Counted from the stretch's first letter, positions 38,062 through 47,762 are shown. The stretch: 64,000 bases of DNA from Acidobacteriota bacterium (GCA_028749235.1 JAQULS010000001.1:755-64754); one strand, 5' to 3'. The notes: generated from the sequence alone by a model not told the origin. Numbers and translations: made by a program.

Positions 38062-38081
38062 CCGGGCGCGGAGTCAAGACC

Positions 38082-38378
38082 ATGCTACTGGCCAAAGTCA
38101 TGGGGACGGTCGTCTCTTCGCAGAAGCACGCCAAGTTCCAGGGTATGAAGCTTTTCCTCATCCAACCCTGCGGTAGCTCCGATAAGAAGCTCGTCCCGCA
38201 GGGCGGCAGCTTGGTCGCCGTCGACTGCGTGACCTGCGGCGTCGGCGACCTGGTCCTCTTCACCCAGGGCAGCTCGGCCCGCATGACCGAGTGCACCAAG
38301 GACAGCCCCGTCGACGCCGTGATCATCGGCATCGTCGATGCCGTCGAGGTCCACGGCAAGCCCCTGGGGAAGCCCTAG
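38082..38378 (+). CDS. BMC-P vertex pentamer 1 (EutN/CcmL family)
   Basis: MLLAKVMGTVVSSQK, VAVD, GVGDLVL, GSSAR, PVDAVIIGIVD. Confidence 0.93.
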   Translation: MLLAKVMGTVVSSQKHAKFQGMKLFLIQPCGSSDKKLVPQGGSLVAVDCVTCGVGDLVLFTQGSSARMTECTKDSPVDAVIIGIVDAVEVHGKPLGKP

Positions 38379-38402
38379 CCGGGGAAGGGAGCGCGTTCGG
38401 CC

Positions 38403-39866
38403 ATGATGAGTTTCCCCCCTCCTCCTCCCTACCGCGACCTGGACATCCCGGCCGTCGTGGCCGAGGTCGTCCGCCGGATGTCCGCCGAGCGGGCCGCCGG
38501 AAGCGCCGCGGACGCCGCGGCCGGCCCGGAGCCCGCGCATCCCGGGGCGGACGGCGTCTTCCCGACCGTCGACGAAGCCGTGGCGGCCGCCCGCCGGGCC
38601 CAGCCCAAGCTGGCCGCGCTGACCCTCGACCAGCGGGGCCTCATCGTCGACATCATCAAGAAATACTGCGTGGAAAACGCCGCGGAGCTGGCCCACATGG
38701 AGTTCCAAGAGTCCCGCATCGGGCGGGAGGACCACAAGCTCCAGAAGCTGACCATCATCTCCAAGGTCCTCGGCGTCGAGTCCCTGCGGACCAGGGTCCG
38801 GGTCGACGACACCGGGACCGAGTTCATCGCCGCCGCCCCTTTTGGCGTCATCGGCATGGTCACGCCGGCGACGCACAGCGTCCCGACCATGGCCGGCAAC
38901 GCCATCAACGTCATCGCGGCCGGGAACACGGCCGTCTTTTCGCCCCACCCCGCGGCCAGCCGCTGCCTGCAGTACGCCTTGAAGCAGATCAACCGGAGAA
39001 TCCGGGCCAAAACGGGGCTGGAGAACCTGATCACCACCATGGCCAAGCCGTCCATCGAGGCGGCCGGCGAGCTCTTCCGTCATCCGGGCATCGCCATTCT
39101 CAACATCACCGGCGGCCCGGCCGTCGTCAAGGCGGCCATGAAAGCCGGCAAGCGGGTCATCGCCGCGGCGCCGGGCAACCCGCCCGTCGTCGTCGACGAG
39201 ACCGCCGACATCCCGGCCGCCGTCAAGCACATCATCTTCGGGGCCTCCTTCGACAACAACCTCCTGTGCCTCGGCGACAAGGAGGTCTTCGTCGTCGAAG
39301 CGGTCATGGACGAGTTTATGACAGCCATGCGCCGGGCGGGAGCGGTCGAGCTCGCTCCCGGCCAGATCGAGCGCCTGGCCCAGGCCGCCTTCGTCCTCGA
39401 CAAGGCCTCCGGCGAGCGGCACGTGAACCGCGACTTCGTCGGGAAAAGCGCGGCCGTCCTGGGCCGGGCGGCGGGCGCGATCGTAGCCGACTCCGTCGAC
39501 CTGCTGTTCGGCGAGACGGAGGAGAACCATCTTTTCGTCCAGGAGGAGCAGATGATGCCGTTCCTCCCGATCGTCCGGGTCAAGGACGTCGACGCCGCGA
39601 TCGCGGCGGCCAAGCGGGCCGAGCACGGCTACCATCACTCGGCCATGATCCACACCCGGAACGACGAGACGGCCCGGCGGATGGCCCGCATCCTGGACAC
39701 CACCCTGTTCGTCCGCAACGCGGCCTGCACGGCGGCCCTCGGCGTCGACGGGCCGGGCTACCTGAGCTACAGCATCGCCACGGCCACCGGCGAGGGAGTG
39801 ACGACGCCGCTGACCTTCACCCGCCAGCGGCAGATGATCATCGGCGGCCGCTACGACTATTTTTAA
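38403..39866 (+). CDS. CoA-acylating aldehyde dehydrogenase (PduP/EutE-like) with N-terminal encapsulation peptide
   Basis: PFGVIG, FSPHP, TGGPAVV, GNPPVVVDETAD, FDNNLLC, EQMMP, EHGYHHSA, TGEG. Confidence 0.93.
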   Translation: MMSFPPPPPYRDLDIPAVVAEVVRRMSAERAAGSAADAAAGPEPAHPGADGVFPTVDEAVAAARRAQPKLAALTLDQRGLIVDIIKKYCVENAAELAHMEFQESRIGREDHKLQKLTIISKVLGVESLRTRVRVDDTGTEFIAAAPFGVIGMVTPATHSVPTMAGNAINVIAAGNTAVFSPHPAASRCLQYALKQINRRIRAKTGLENLITTMAKPSIEAAGELFRHPGIAILNITGGPAVVKAAMKAGKRVIAAAPGNPPVVVDETADIPAAVKHIIFGASFDNNLLCLGDKEVFVVEAVMDEFMTAMRRAGAVELAPGQIERLAQAAFVLDKASGERHVNRDFVGKSAAVLGRAAGAIVADSVDLLFGETEENHLFVQEEQMMPFLPIVRVKDVDAAIAAAKRAEHGYHHSAMIHTRNDETARRMARILDTTLFVRNAACTAALGVDGPGYLSYSIATATGEGVTTPLTFTRQRQMIIGGRYDYF

Positions 39867-39883
39867 ACCGAGGAGAGAATCCG

Positions 39884-40171
39884 GTGTACCTGGCGAGAAT
39901 CGAGGGCTCGGCGGTGACGACCCTTCACCACAAGAGCCTGGTCGGCCGCAAGCTGCTCATCGCCCGGCGCTGCGAGCCCGACGGCCGTCTGGCGGCCGAG
40001 CCGGTACTGGCCCTCGACGCCGTGGGAGCGGGCCTGGGCGACCTGGTCCTGATCTCCACGGACGGCGAGCTGGCCCGCAGCCTGACCGGCCACAAGACGG
40101 CGCCCGTGCGCCTGACGGCCGTGGGCATCGTCGACGCCGTCGACGGACCGAAGCCGGGAGACATCCGATGA
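39884..40171 (+). CDS. BMC-P vertex pentamer 2
   Basis: GTG start after GAGGAG; YLARIEGSAVTT, ALDAVGAGLGDLVLISTDG, PVRLTAVGIVD (tail of ORF 38291..40171). Confidence 0.88.
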   Translation: MYLARIEGSAVTTLHHKSLVGRKLLIARRCEPDGRLAAEPVLALDAVGAGLGDLVLISTDGELARSLTGHKTAPVRLTAVGIVDAVDGPKPGDIR

Positions 40172-40461
40172 GGCTGGGCATCGTCAAGGGAACCGTGGTC
40201 CTCGGCCGCGGGCTGGCCGCCCTGGAGGGCACCCGCTACCTGATCATCGAGCCCTTGACGTCGGACGACCTGAAAGCCGGCGCCACCCGGGGAAGCGGCC
40301 GGGAAGTCGTGGCCGCCGATCACCTGGCCCCCGGCCCGGGGCAAATGGTCTGCTTTGAAGAGGGCCGCGAAGCCTGCGCTCCGTGGCTTCCGGCCGGCGT
40401 CCCGATCGACGCCTACGTCAGCGGCATCATCGACTCGATATCCTATCAACCGGCGGAATGA
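40168..40461 (+). CDS. BMC-P vertex pentamer 3
   Basis: MRLGIVKGTVVL, EEGREA, VPIDAYVSGIID. Confidence 0.88.
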   Translation: MRLGIVKGTVVLGRGLAALEGTRYLIIEPLTSDDLKAGATRGSGREVVAADHLAPGPGQMVCFEEGREACAPWLPAGVPIDAYVSGIIDSISYQPAE

Positions 40462-40465
40462 CAAC

Positions 40466-41587
40466 ATGAAACAGCTTTCCCTGCGGGGCCAAAACGTGAT
40501 TTCGGGCGCGGTCATCGGCCAGGCGGCGCGCGACGGCTGCACGGAGATCCTCATCGACGGCGACGCGGTCGTCACCTCGCTGGCCCTGGATTCCGCCGCG
40601 ATGGCGGGCATCCGCCTCGTCCGCGAAGGAGACGCCCGCCGCTTCGACGCCCCCGCCGGGGCCTTCGCCGCCGCGGGCGGGCCGGCTTCCCCCGAGGTCC
40701 TGTTTGCGTCCGCCGAGGCGCGGGCCGCCAAGGACGAGATCGTGGCCGTCGGCAGGAAGCTCTGGCAGCGATCCTACGTCGACGGCAACGGCGGCAACAT
40801 CTCCTGCCGGATCGGGGACAAGCACGTCCTGTGCACGCCGACCCTGGTCAGCAAGGGCGACCTTACCCCGGACGACCTCTGCCTGGTCGATCTGGACGGG
40901 AACCAGATCGCGGGCCGCAGGAAAAAGACGAGCGAGATCCTGCTCCACCTGGAGATCATGAAGGCCCAGCCCAAGGCCCGGGCCTGCGTCCATGCCCATC
41001 CCCCGCATGCCACGGCCTACGCCATCACGGGCATGGTGCCGCCCGTGCGGGTCATCCCCGAAGCCGAGATCTTCGTCGGATACGCCGCCTTCGCCCCCTA
41101 CGGCACGCCCGGCACGGCCGACATCTCCCGCCACGTCGTCGAGCTCGTCGCCGACCACAACACCATCCTGCTGGGAAATCACGGCGTCATCTGCTGGGCC
41201 GACACGCCCCTGCGCGCCGAATGGTGCATCGAGATCCTCGAGACCTACTGCCAGACGCTCCTTATCGCCTCGCAGTTGAACGTCCCGATCAAGACGATCC
41301 CCTCGGACAAGTCCGCCGCCCTCCTCGACACCAAGAGAAAGTTGAATCTGCCCGATCCCCGCTTGAGCGGACGGGCATGCGACGGGGAGGACCTCGGGAG
41401 CGAGCTGACCGGCATCACCGTCTGCCCGGGCGCCTGCGCCGCCGGCAACGGCCCCTGCCGGCTGAACGGATCGTGCGACTGCCCGCGGGAGCGGACCGGG
41501 ACGCCGGTTCCGAAGCGCGCGAGCGGCGAATCCGAGGCCCTGATCGGCCGCATCGTCGACGAGGTCATGAAGGCCCTCGGCCGATAG
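40466..41587 (+). CDS. Class II aldolase (fuculose/rhamnulose-1-phosphate aldolase-like) with N-terminal extension, Cys-rich linker and C-terminal encapsulation peptide
   Basis: GNGGNIS, TPT..SKG, TSEILLH, HAHPP, YGTPG, LGNHG. Confidence 0.9.
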   Translation: MKQLSLRGQNVISGAVIGQAARDGCTEILIDGDAVVTSLALDSAAMAGIRLVREGDARRFDAPAGAFAAAGGPASPEVLFASAEARAAKDEIVAVGRKLWQRSYVDGNGGNISCRIGDKHVLCTPTLVSKGDLTPDDLCLVDLDGNQIAGRRKKTSEILLHLEIMKAQPKARACVHAHPPHATAYAITGMVPPVRVIPEAEIFVGYAAFAPYGTPGTADISRHVVELVADHNTILLGNHGVICWADTPLRAEWCIEILETYCQTLLIASQLNVPIKTIPSDKSAALLDTKRKLNLPDPRLSGRACDGEDLGSELTGITVCPGACAAGNGPCRLNGSCDCPRERTGTPVPKRASGESEALIGRIVDEVMKALGR

Positions 41588-41664
41588 GCCGTCGAGCCGC
41601 GAATCGATCCCCTGCGGCGCCATGAGCCTGCTTCTCGAAGGCCTCCGCCGCTGGGGACGCCCGC

Positions 41665-43401
41665 TCATCGATCGGCCAAGGCCGCCGCTGTGAGATAAAC
41701 CAAGCGGATGATCCGGGCCATCCACTCGGGGTTGATTTTGGCGGCTTCGTCGCCCGTCTGATGATAGTCCGCGTGCATGACGCCCGCCCAGTATAGATAG
41801 GGCACGCCGGCGGCGGCGAAAGGCAGGTAGTCGCTGACGATGCCGGAGCTCTTGACCACGGCTTCGGCCTGCGGCCAGAGATCGATGCCGATCGTCTGAT
41901 CGGCCTGCCGCAGGATCTCGCCCAAGCCACGGCCCGCCGCGAAAGCGACCACGGCGAAATTATCGGCCGAGATGTTTTTTTGCGCCTCGGCCGGGACCTT
42001 GAGCCTCCTCATCCGGGCCTTCAGGCTCTCCTCGTCATAGGTTCGCCCGATCATGTCGAGATTGAGGTAGGCCGCCGCGCGGGACAGGGGGAAAGCGGGC
42101 TTCCGGATATAGGCGGACGAGCCGAGCATACCCAGCTCTTCCCCGGTCCACAGGCAAAAGACGATCGTCCGTTTCGGCTTCACGGGCAAGCCGGCGATCG
42201 CCCGGGCGATCGCCAGGACGCCGGCCGCGCCGCTGCCGTTGTCGTCGGCGCCGTTGAAGACATACCGGTCCCGCCGGCCCAGGTGATCCAGGTGCGCGCC
42301 TATCGTCACGGTTTCGTCTTTCAGCTTCGGATCGCTTCCGGGAATGAAGCCGACGACGTTATGGCAGCGCAGCAGCCGTTCGCACTCGGCCGTCGTCCGG
42401 ATGGTCAGCTTGCCGCCGGCGATTTCAAGGGAGGCCGGCTTCCAATCGCTTTTGATCCTGGCCCGCAGGCCTTCGATGTTCCGCCCCGAAGAGGACAGGA
42501 GGACATCGGCCGCTTCCCGGGTTATGAAGATGGCTCCTCCTTCCCGCTTCGCGCCGGGCAGGGTGCACAGACGGCTCGGCTCCGTGATCAGCGGCCGCTC
42601 GTCGCTCTCCGCGGCCGGCCCCATCTGATCGTAGATATCGCCGTCTTTCATGTCATCCCTGACCACGAGGACGGCGACCGGGCCGAGCTTGGCGACTTCG
42701 GCGGCCTTGTTGAGCGGGCCGATGAAGGAGCGGAACCCCTTGTATTTTTCGGCCAGATCCGCCTTCATGAACGGAGAGGCCGGATCGTCCCGGCCGGGAA
42801 CCCCGTCGAGGATCATGACGATCCGGCCTTTGACGTCCAGCTTGGCGAAGTCGTCATAGCCGATCGAGTCCTCGCGGATGCCGTAGCCGGCGAAAACCAC
42901 GGGCGCGGTAAGCGTCTCCGGGATCCGGTTCCGATAATAGTTCTCCAAGTCGACGCCTTCGTGGAAGACCCGGCCGCCGCCGGCGCTCTCTTGGCTTCCC
43001 TGCCAGGAGAGCGTGCATCCCAGGCCGGTATACTCCTTCATCACGACTTCCTGCAGATAGCTTCGGGCCCCGTCTCCCCCCGAGTCTCCGGCCGGCTCGA
43101 TCCGCCAAAGGGCGAAGAGCGACGCGGCGTACTCGGCCGCCAAGCGATAGCCGCGGGAGCCGGCCTCCCGGCCCTCCAGGAAATCAGAGGCCAGGAAGGA
43201 AAGTAAGGCTCGGGAAGCCGGGCCGGTCAGGGTCTCGAATCCGGCCCGATAGCGCTCCGGAACGGCCGCCCGTGTTTCGACTTTGATCAAGGCGTTATCG
43301 CCGGCCCCGCCGCCTTGTTTTGGTTCCTGCGGCACGGCTTGTCCGGGAACGGCCGCGAAACTGAAAAGAACCAATATCCCTGTCGCAAATGATCGGCGCA
43401 T
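41665..43401 (-). CDS. Exported M28 peptidase with PA domain
   Basis: Signal peptide; VFAGYGI, GAHLDH, GADDNGSG, TGEELG, NLDMIGR, SDYLPF, DYHQTGD. Confidence 0.9.
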   Translation of the reverse strand: MRRSFATGILVLFSFAAVPGQAVPQEPKQGGGAGDNALIKVETRAAVPERYRAGFETLTGPASRALLSFLASDFLEGREAGSRGYRLAAEYAASLFALWRIEPAGDSGGDGARSYLQEVVMKEYTGLGCTLSWQGSQESAGGGRVFHEGVDLENYYRNRIPETLTAPVVFAGYGIREDSIGYDDFAKLDVKGRIVMILDGVPGRDDPASPFMKADLAEKYKGFRSFIGPLNKAAEVAKLGPVAVLVVRDDMKDGDIYDQMGPAAESDERPLITEPSRLCTLPGAKREGGAIFITREAADVLLSSSGRNIEGLRARIKSDWKPASLEIAGGKLTIRTTAECERLLRCHNVVGFIPGSDPKLKDETVTIGAHLDHLGRRDRYVFNGADDNGSGAAGVLAIARAIAGLPVKPKRTIVFCLWTGEELGMLGSSAYIRKPAFPLSRAAAYLNLDMIGRTYDEESLKARMRRLKVPAEAQKNISADNFAVVAFAAGRGLGEILRQADQTIGIDLWPQAEAVVKSSGIVSDYLPFAAAGVPYLYWAGVMHADYHQTGDEAAKINPEWMARIIRLVYLTAAALADR

Positions 43402-43475
43402 ATCGGAAGCCTCCCAAACGATGGATTCATAGATAGAACGCTTGGCGGCCGGGAACAGGGACATAAAGACGACGG

Positions 43476-44198
43476 TCATTCGGCGGCGATGGCGTTGAGC
43501 GCCTTGCGCCGCTCCTTCCAATCCGGCAGGCACCGGGCCAATAGCGAGTAGAAAGACGCGCCGTGGTCGTGATGCTTGAGGTGGCAGAGCTCGTGCAGGA
43601 CGACGTACTCGACGAGAGACGGAGCCGTTTGCACCAGGCGGGTATTGAAGACGATGCGCCCGTCCCGGCCGCAGCTCCCCCAGCGCCTTTTCATCCAGCG
43701 GAGAGACCACGGCGGCGCGGCGAGGCCGCCGAAGGGATCCGCCTCCAAGCCCCGGTCCAGGGCCGCCGCGAGAACCTGCCCGGCCCGCCGCTTAAGCCAG
43801 GATTCGATCCTGCGGCGGACGGCCTCCCGGTCATGGATGTCCGCGACGGGCACGACGAGAACGCCGTCCGCGAATGCCGCCCGCCTGGCCCGGCCCGGCT
43901 CGATCTTCACGGGATAGGTTTGGCCGAGGATCGAGATCAGGCCCGTTTCGGCGGACTTCGCCGGGGCATGCAATCGGATGCGGGTTTCGCTCTTTCGGAC
44001 GGCGCGTTCGATCCAGGCGGCCTTCTCGCGGGCGAAGGCCAGGACCCGGGCCGGAGCGACGCCGCGGGGGACGGAGGCCCGGACGCGGCCGTCGTCGAGA
44101 ACGGCAATCCGTATCCGCCGCCCCTTGCCCCGCTCCAGAGAAAGGGGGATTTTCCGGGAAGCCGTCTCGAGGATCAGGGTTTCCGCCGCGGGCCTCAC
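43476..44198 (-). CDS. YgjP/M48-like metallohydrolase (DUF45)
   Basis: MKRRWGSC, YVVLHELCH, HGASFY. Confidence 0.88.
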   Translation of the reverse strand: MRPAAETLILETASRKIPLSLERGKGRRIRIAVLDDGRVRASVPRGVAPARVLAFAREKAAWIERAVRKSETRIRLHAPAKSAETGLISILGQTYPVKIEPGRARRAAFADGVLVVPVADIHDREAVRRRIESWLKRRAGQVLAAALDRGLEADPFGGLAAPPWSLRWMKRRWGSCGRDGRIVFNTRLVQTAPSLVEYVVLHELCHLKHHDHGASFYSLLARCLPDWKERRKALNAIAAE

Positions 44199-45763
44199 CC
44201 GAGAAGCTTCCTCTTCTTCAGCCAGCGCTCGCGCAGGCGGACGCTGTCCAGGCCGAGGCAGGCGCCGCCGGACAGGGGATTCTTGCCCAGGCCTTCGAAG
44301 CGCAGGGTGTGCTTGCCCGTCTTCAGGGTGTAGCTCCCCAGGTAGTGCTCCTGGACGAAGAGCGTCTTGGCGTAGAGGTCGTAGTCCTTGGTCTTCTGGC
44401 CGGCCATGTAGTCCTCGGGCTGACCGATGACCTTGCCGTCCAGGAAGATGCGCCAGATGCCGGAATTCTCGGCATGGGTCAGCCAGAGCATGAGGCCTCG
44501 GTACTCTTCCTTGTCCACCGTGAACTCGACTTCGAACACGGGATGGTCGAAGACGGGCTGGAAGAGGATCTGCCCCTCCCCCGTCCAGTCGTAGCCCTTC
44601 TCGAGGCTCACGACCCCGTCCGAGTGCTTGGCCGTCGGGAGCATGGTCTTGGCTTCGATCACCCGGTCGAGCTCGGGCAGGATCCGGTCCGCGAGCGGCG
44701 GCAGTTTGGTGAACCGCTTGGGCTGGCCGATCTGGTACCAGAAGGCGACCGTGGCGATATCGTCCTCGCGCTCGACGTGGCCCTCGGTCTTGCCGCTCTC
44801 CGTCTCGTCGCCGGTGATCCAGCCGGTGTGCTCGATCTCGAAGCGCAGCGACTTGGTGAAGCGGACCGGATCCGGGATGTGCCAGCGGTAGAGCGTGTAG
44901 CGGGCCCCCAGGTCCTCGAAGTCCGGGCTCATGAAGGTGCAGCCGAAATAAGGATAGAGGGCCTGGTTCAAGCCCCAGGCCATCAGGAAATAGTCCTCCG
45001 TCCCCGTGCCCTGAATGCTCGGCTTCGCGTCGCCGTCGACGTAAAACTTGGCGTCGCCCTCGCCGAACCAGAAGGGGCTGCGGGAGCGCGCCGAAAGGAC
45101 GGTGCCGATGTAATGCCCTTCGCCCTCGGCGTCCAGGATCAGGTAGTCGTGCCCCGTCTTCTCGGGGAACTCGTTGCGGTACTGGGCGCAGAAATATCCC
45201 GTCCGGGGCGGCACGGGCTGCTCGGTGTAGTCGATGTGATAGTAGAAGGAGCGGACGTTCTTGGCTCCTTCATTGGTCACGGTGATGAGGCCGCGCTTAT
45301 GGAAAGGCATCGGAAAGTAGACGTTGTAGCCGTCGCCGCCCTCGACCATCATCGGCAGGGAGGCGATCTCGCGCCGCGCGCCGAAGCCCGCGGCGAAGAA
45401 GTCGCCGAGCGGCGCCTCGACCGCCGGCTCCTTGGCGTCGTCCCAGTACATCCGCAGGACGATCTCGTCGGGGCGGGCCGAGCCGGTCGGCTCCAGCCAG
45501 TTCGGCCGGGCCTCGTTGAAGGTCAGCCAGATGTGGTTGATCACCGCCGGTCCCTTGATGTCGGCCAGGACCTTGGTCTCGCCGGGGACGATGTACCGGA
45601 CGCGGTCGCCGTTGCCGGCCGGATTCGGATCGGCGGACGTGACCGCTTTCGACCGGCCCGGCTGGATTTGGGCCAACCCGGCCAGGTCTTGCGCGGACAG
45701 CCCGGCGGCGACGAGAAGCAGGAACCCGGCCGTCAGGAGACGGCGGGAGACGAATGAGCGCAT
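44195..45763 (-). CDS. Exported DUF2961 / GH172-like glycosidase
   Basis: Signal peptide; GPAVINHIW, RMYWD, PLGDFF, YFPMPF, WFGEGD, GTGTEDYF, YRWH, ATVAFWYQ. Confidence 0.85.
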   Translation of the reverse strand: MRSFVSRRLLTAGFLLLVAAGLSAQDLAGLAQIQPGRSKAVTSADPNPAGNGDRVRYIVPGETKVLADIKGPAVINHIWLTFNEARPNWLEPTGSARPDEIVLRMYWDDAKEPAVEAPLGDFFAAGFGARREIASLPMMVEGGDGYNVYFPMPFHKRGLITVTNEGAKNVRSFYYHIDYTEQPVPPRTGYFCAQYRNEFPEKTGHDYLILDAEGEGHYIGTVLSARSRSPFWFGEGDAKFYVDGDAKPSIQGTGTEDYFLMAWGLNQALYPYFGCTFMSPDFEDLGARYTLYRWHIPDPVRFTKSLRFEIEHTGWITGDETESGKTEGHVEREDDIATVAFWYQIGQPKRFTKLPPLADRILPELDRVIEAKTMLPTAKHSDGVVSLEKGYDWTGEGQILFQPVFDHPVFEVEFTVDKEEYRGLMLWLTHAENSGIWRIFLDGKVIGQPEDYMAGQKTKDYDLYAKTLFVQEHYLGSYTLKTGKHTLRFEGLGKNPLSGGACLGLDSVRLRERWLKKRKLLG

Positions 45764-45821
45764 GACGGACCTCCTCGAAACTTCTCCCCTGTCATCGGAA
45801 AACCGGGGCCGGGCGCCGCGC

Positions 45822-47735
45822 CTACTCGAACCGCTCCACGATGGCCCGGTTCTGCTCGTTCAGGATGCTCTTGGCCTCGGGCGTGAACAGGTACTCGATC
45901 CGGTTCCGGTAGTAGTCCTCGATCTTGCTGCGGACCATCTTCATCGTCGAGTTGAGCAGGTGGTTCTGCTCGGAGAAAGGCTCGCCCAGGACGGCGATCG
46001 TGGCAGGCAGCCAGCGGCCGGGGAACTGGCCGGCGAACTCGCCGCCTTCCTTGTACTTGGCCACCTCGGACTCGAGCAGGCGCAGCACCGCGTCCTGGCC
46101 TTCCGCCGTCTTGACCGACAAGCCTTTCTTCTTGAGCCAGCCCAGGACCGCTTCCTTGACCGGCACGAGCAGGCCCACGGTGTAGGGCGACTGGTCGTTA
46201 TAGAGCATCAATTGCTCGATGTAGGGCGAGTTGTCGGTGATGGCCTCCTCGATCAGTTCGGGGCTGTACTTCTCGCCGTCGTTGGCGATGAGCAGGCTTT
46301 TGACCCGGCCGAGCACGTACAAGTAGCCGTCCGCGTCGAGGTAGCCCAGGTCGCCGGTGTAGAGCCAGCCGCCGCGCAGCGCTTCGGCCGTGGCCTTTTC
46401 GTTGCGCCAGTATCCGGCCATGACGTTCTCGCCCCGAACGACGATCTCGCCGGAAGCCCCGGTCGGCAGAGAATTGCCATCCGAGTCGCAGATACGGATC
46501 TCCAGGTTCGGCATGACCCGCCCGGAGGAGCCCAGCTTGTGGTGGGTCAGGCTGTTGGCCGAGATGACCGGGGCGGCTTCGGTCAGCCCGTAGCCCTGGA
46601 GCATGGGGAAGCCGACGGCGTAGAAGAAGCGCTGCAGCTCGATGTCGAGCAGGGCTCCGCCGCCGACGAAGAACTTCAGGCGGCCGCCGAAGTTCTCCCG
46701 GATCTTGCTGAACAGCAGTTTGTCGTAGAGGGCCATGACGGGCGCCTTCAGCTTCTGCGCGCCGCGGCCGCGGTTCCAGCCTTCCTTGTTGTAGGCGTAG
46801 GCCGTCTTCATGGCCTTGGCGAAGAGCGCTTCGATTTTGGGGCCCTTGTCCCGTATCCCCTTTTCGATCGTCTTGCGGAAGTTCTTGGCCAGGGCCGGCA
46901 CGCTCAGGAAGACGTGGGGGCGCAGCTCCTTGATGTTGAGCGGGACGTTGCGGAGGGTCTCCAGGGCCGTCTTGCCCTGGGCGACGGAGGCGATCGAAGC
47001 CCCGCTCTTCATCATCATATAGAGGCCGCAGGTGTGCCCGAAGGCGTGGTCCCAGGGCAGGACGTTGAGCAGGACCCAATCCGGCTGGGGATCGATCAGG
47101 GCCGTGCCCTGCTCGATGTTGGCCGTGTAGTTGCGGTGGGTCAGGACGATGCCCTTGGGATCGGCCGTCGTGCCCGAGGTGTAGCAGATGTTGGCCGGAT
47201 CATCCTCGCGCACGGACTGCCAGCGGGCCTCGAAGGCGGCCCGGCTGTGGCCGAGGAAGTCCTCGCCCTTCTTGAGCACGGTTGCGGCCGAGATCTCGTC
47301 GGCCTCGAAGGACTTGAGGCCGTCGAAGCAGATGGTCAGCTTGAGGTCGGGCAGGTCGGGTTTGACCTGGCGGATCTTGCCGATATGGTTCTGGGAGACC
47401 AGCGCCATCCGGCAGCCCGAGTGGAGGAGCCGGAACTTGAGGTCGGCCCGCTCGTCCAGCTTGACCGAGATGGGCACGTCGACGGCGCCGACGTAGAACA
47501 GCCCCAGTTCGCCTATGACCCAGTCGTTGCGGCCTTCGGAGATCAGGGCCACCCGGTCGCCCTTCTCCAGGCCCAGGCTCATCAGCCCGGCCGCGAAGCG
47601 GTGGACGAGCGGCTTCATCTGGGCGAAGGTGGTGCCCTCGTACTTGTCGGCTTTCTTCTCCCACATCAGGACGTTGTCGGGATACCGTTCCACGCTGGTC
47701 TCGAACAAGCGGGGCAAAGTGCGCGGTGCGTTCAT
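45822..47735 (-). CDS. Long-chain fatty acid-CoA ligase (AMP-binding)
   Basis: YTSGTTADPKG, QGYGLTE, GEIVVRG, TGDLG; GGAGGAG RBS. Confidence 0.9.
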   Translation of the reverse strand: MNAPRTLPRLFETSVERYPDNVLMWEKKADKYEGTTFAQMKPLVHRFAAGLMSLGLEKGDRVALISEGRNDWVIGELGLFYVGAVDVPISVKLDERADLKFRLLHSGCRMALVSQNHIGKIRQVKPDLPDLKLTICFDGLKSFEADEISAATVLKKGEDFLGHSRAAFEARWQSVREDDPANICYTSGTTADPKGIVLTHRNYTANIEQGTALIDPQPDWVLLNVLPWDHAFGHTCGLYMMMKSGASIASVAQGKTALETLRNVPLNIKELRPHVFLSVPALAKNFRKTIEKGIRDKGPKIEALFAKAMKTAYAYNKEGWNRGRGAQKLKAPVMALYDKLLFSKIRENFGGRLKFFVGGGALLDIELQRFFYAVGFPMLQGYGLTEAAPVISANSLTHHKLGSSGRVMPNLEIRICDSDGNSLPTGASGEIVVRGENVMAGYWRNEKATAEALRGGWLYTGDLGYLDADGYLYVLGRVKSLLIANDGEKYSPELIEEAITDNSPYIEQLMLYNDQSPYTVGLLVPVKEAVLGWLKKKGLSVKTAEGQDAVLRLLESEVAKYKEGGEFAGQFPGRWLPATIAVLGEPFSEQNHLLNSTMKMVRSKIEDYYRNRIEYLFTPEAKSILNEQNRAIVERFE

Positions 47736-47762
47736 TCGCTCCTCCCGGTTCAAAGTGCGTTC

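Noticed and set aside
38291..40171. 626-aa ORF suggesting a giant BMC-P fusion
   Set aside because: Only the last 95 codons (GTG 39884, own RBS) look real; the rest overlaps AldDH in another frame.
33387..41587. Pdu, Eut or glycyl-radical BMC, or carboxysome
   Set aside because: No diol dehydratase, ethanolamine ammonia-lyase, glycyl-radical enzyme or RuBisCO in the locus.
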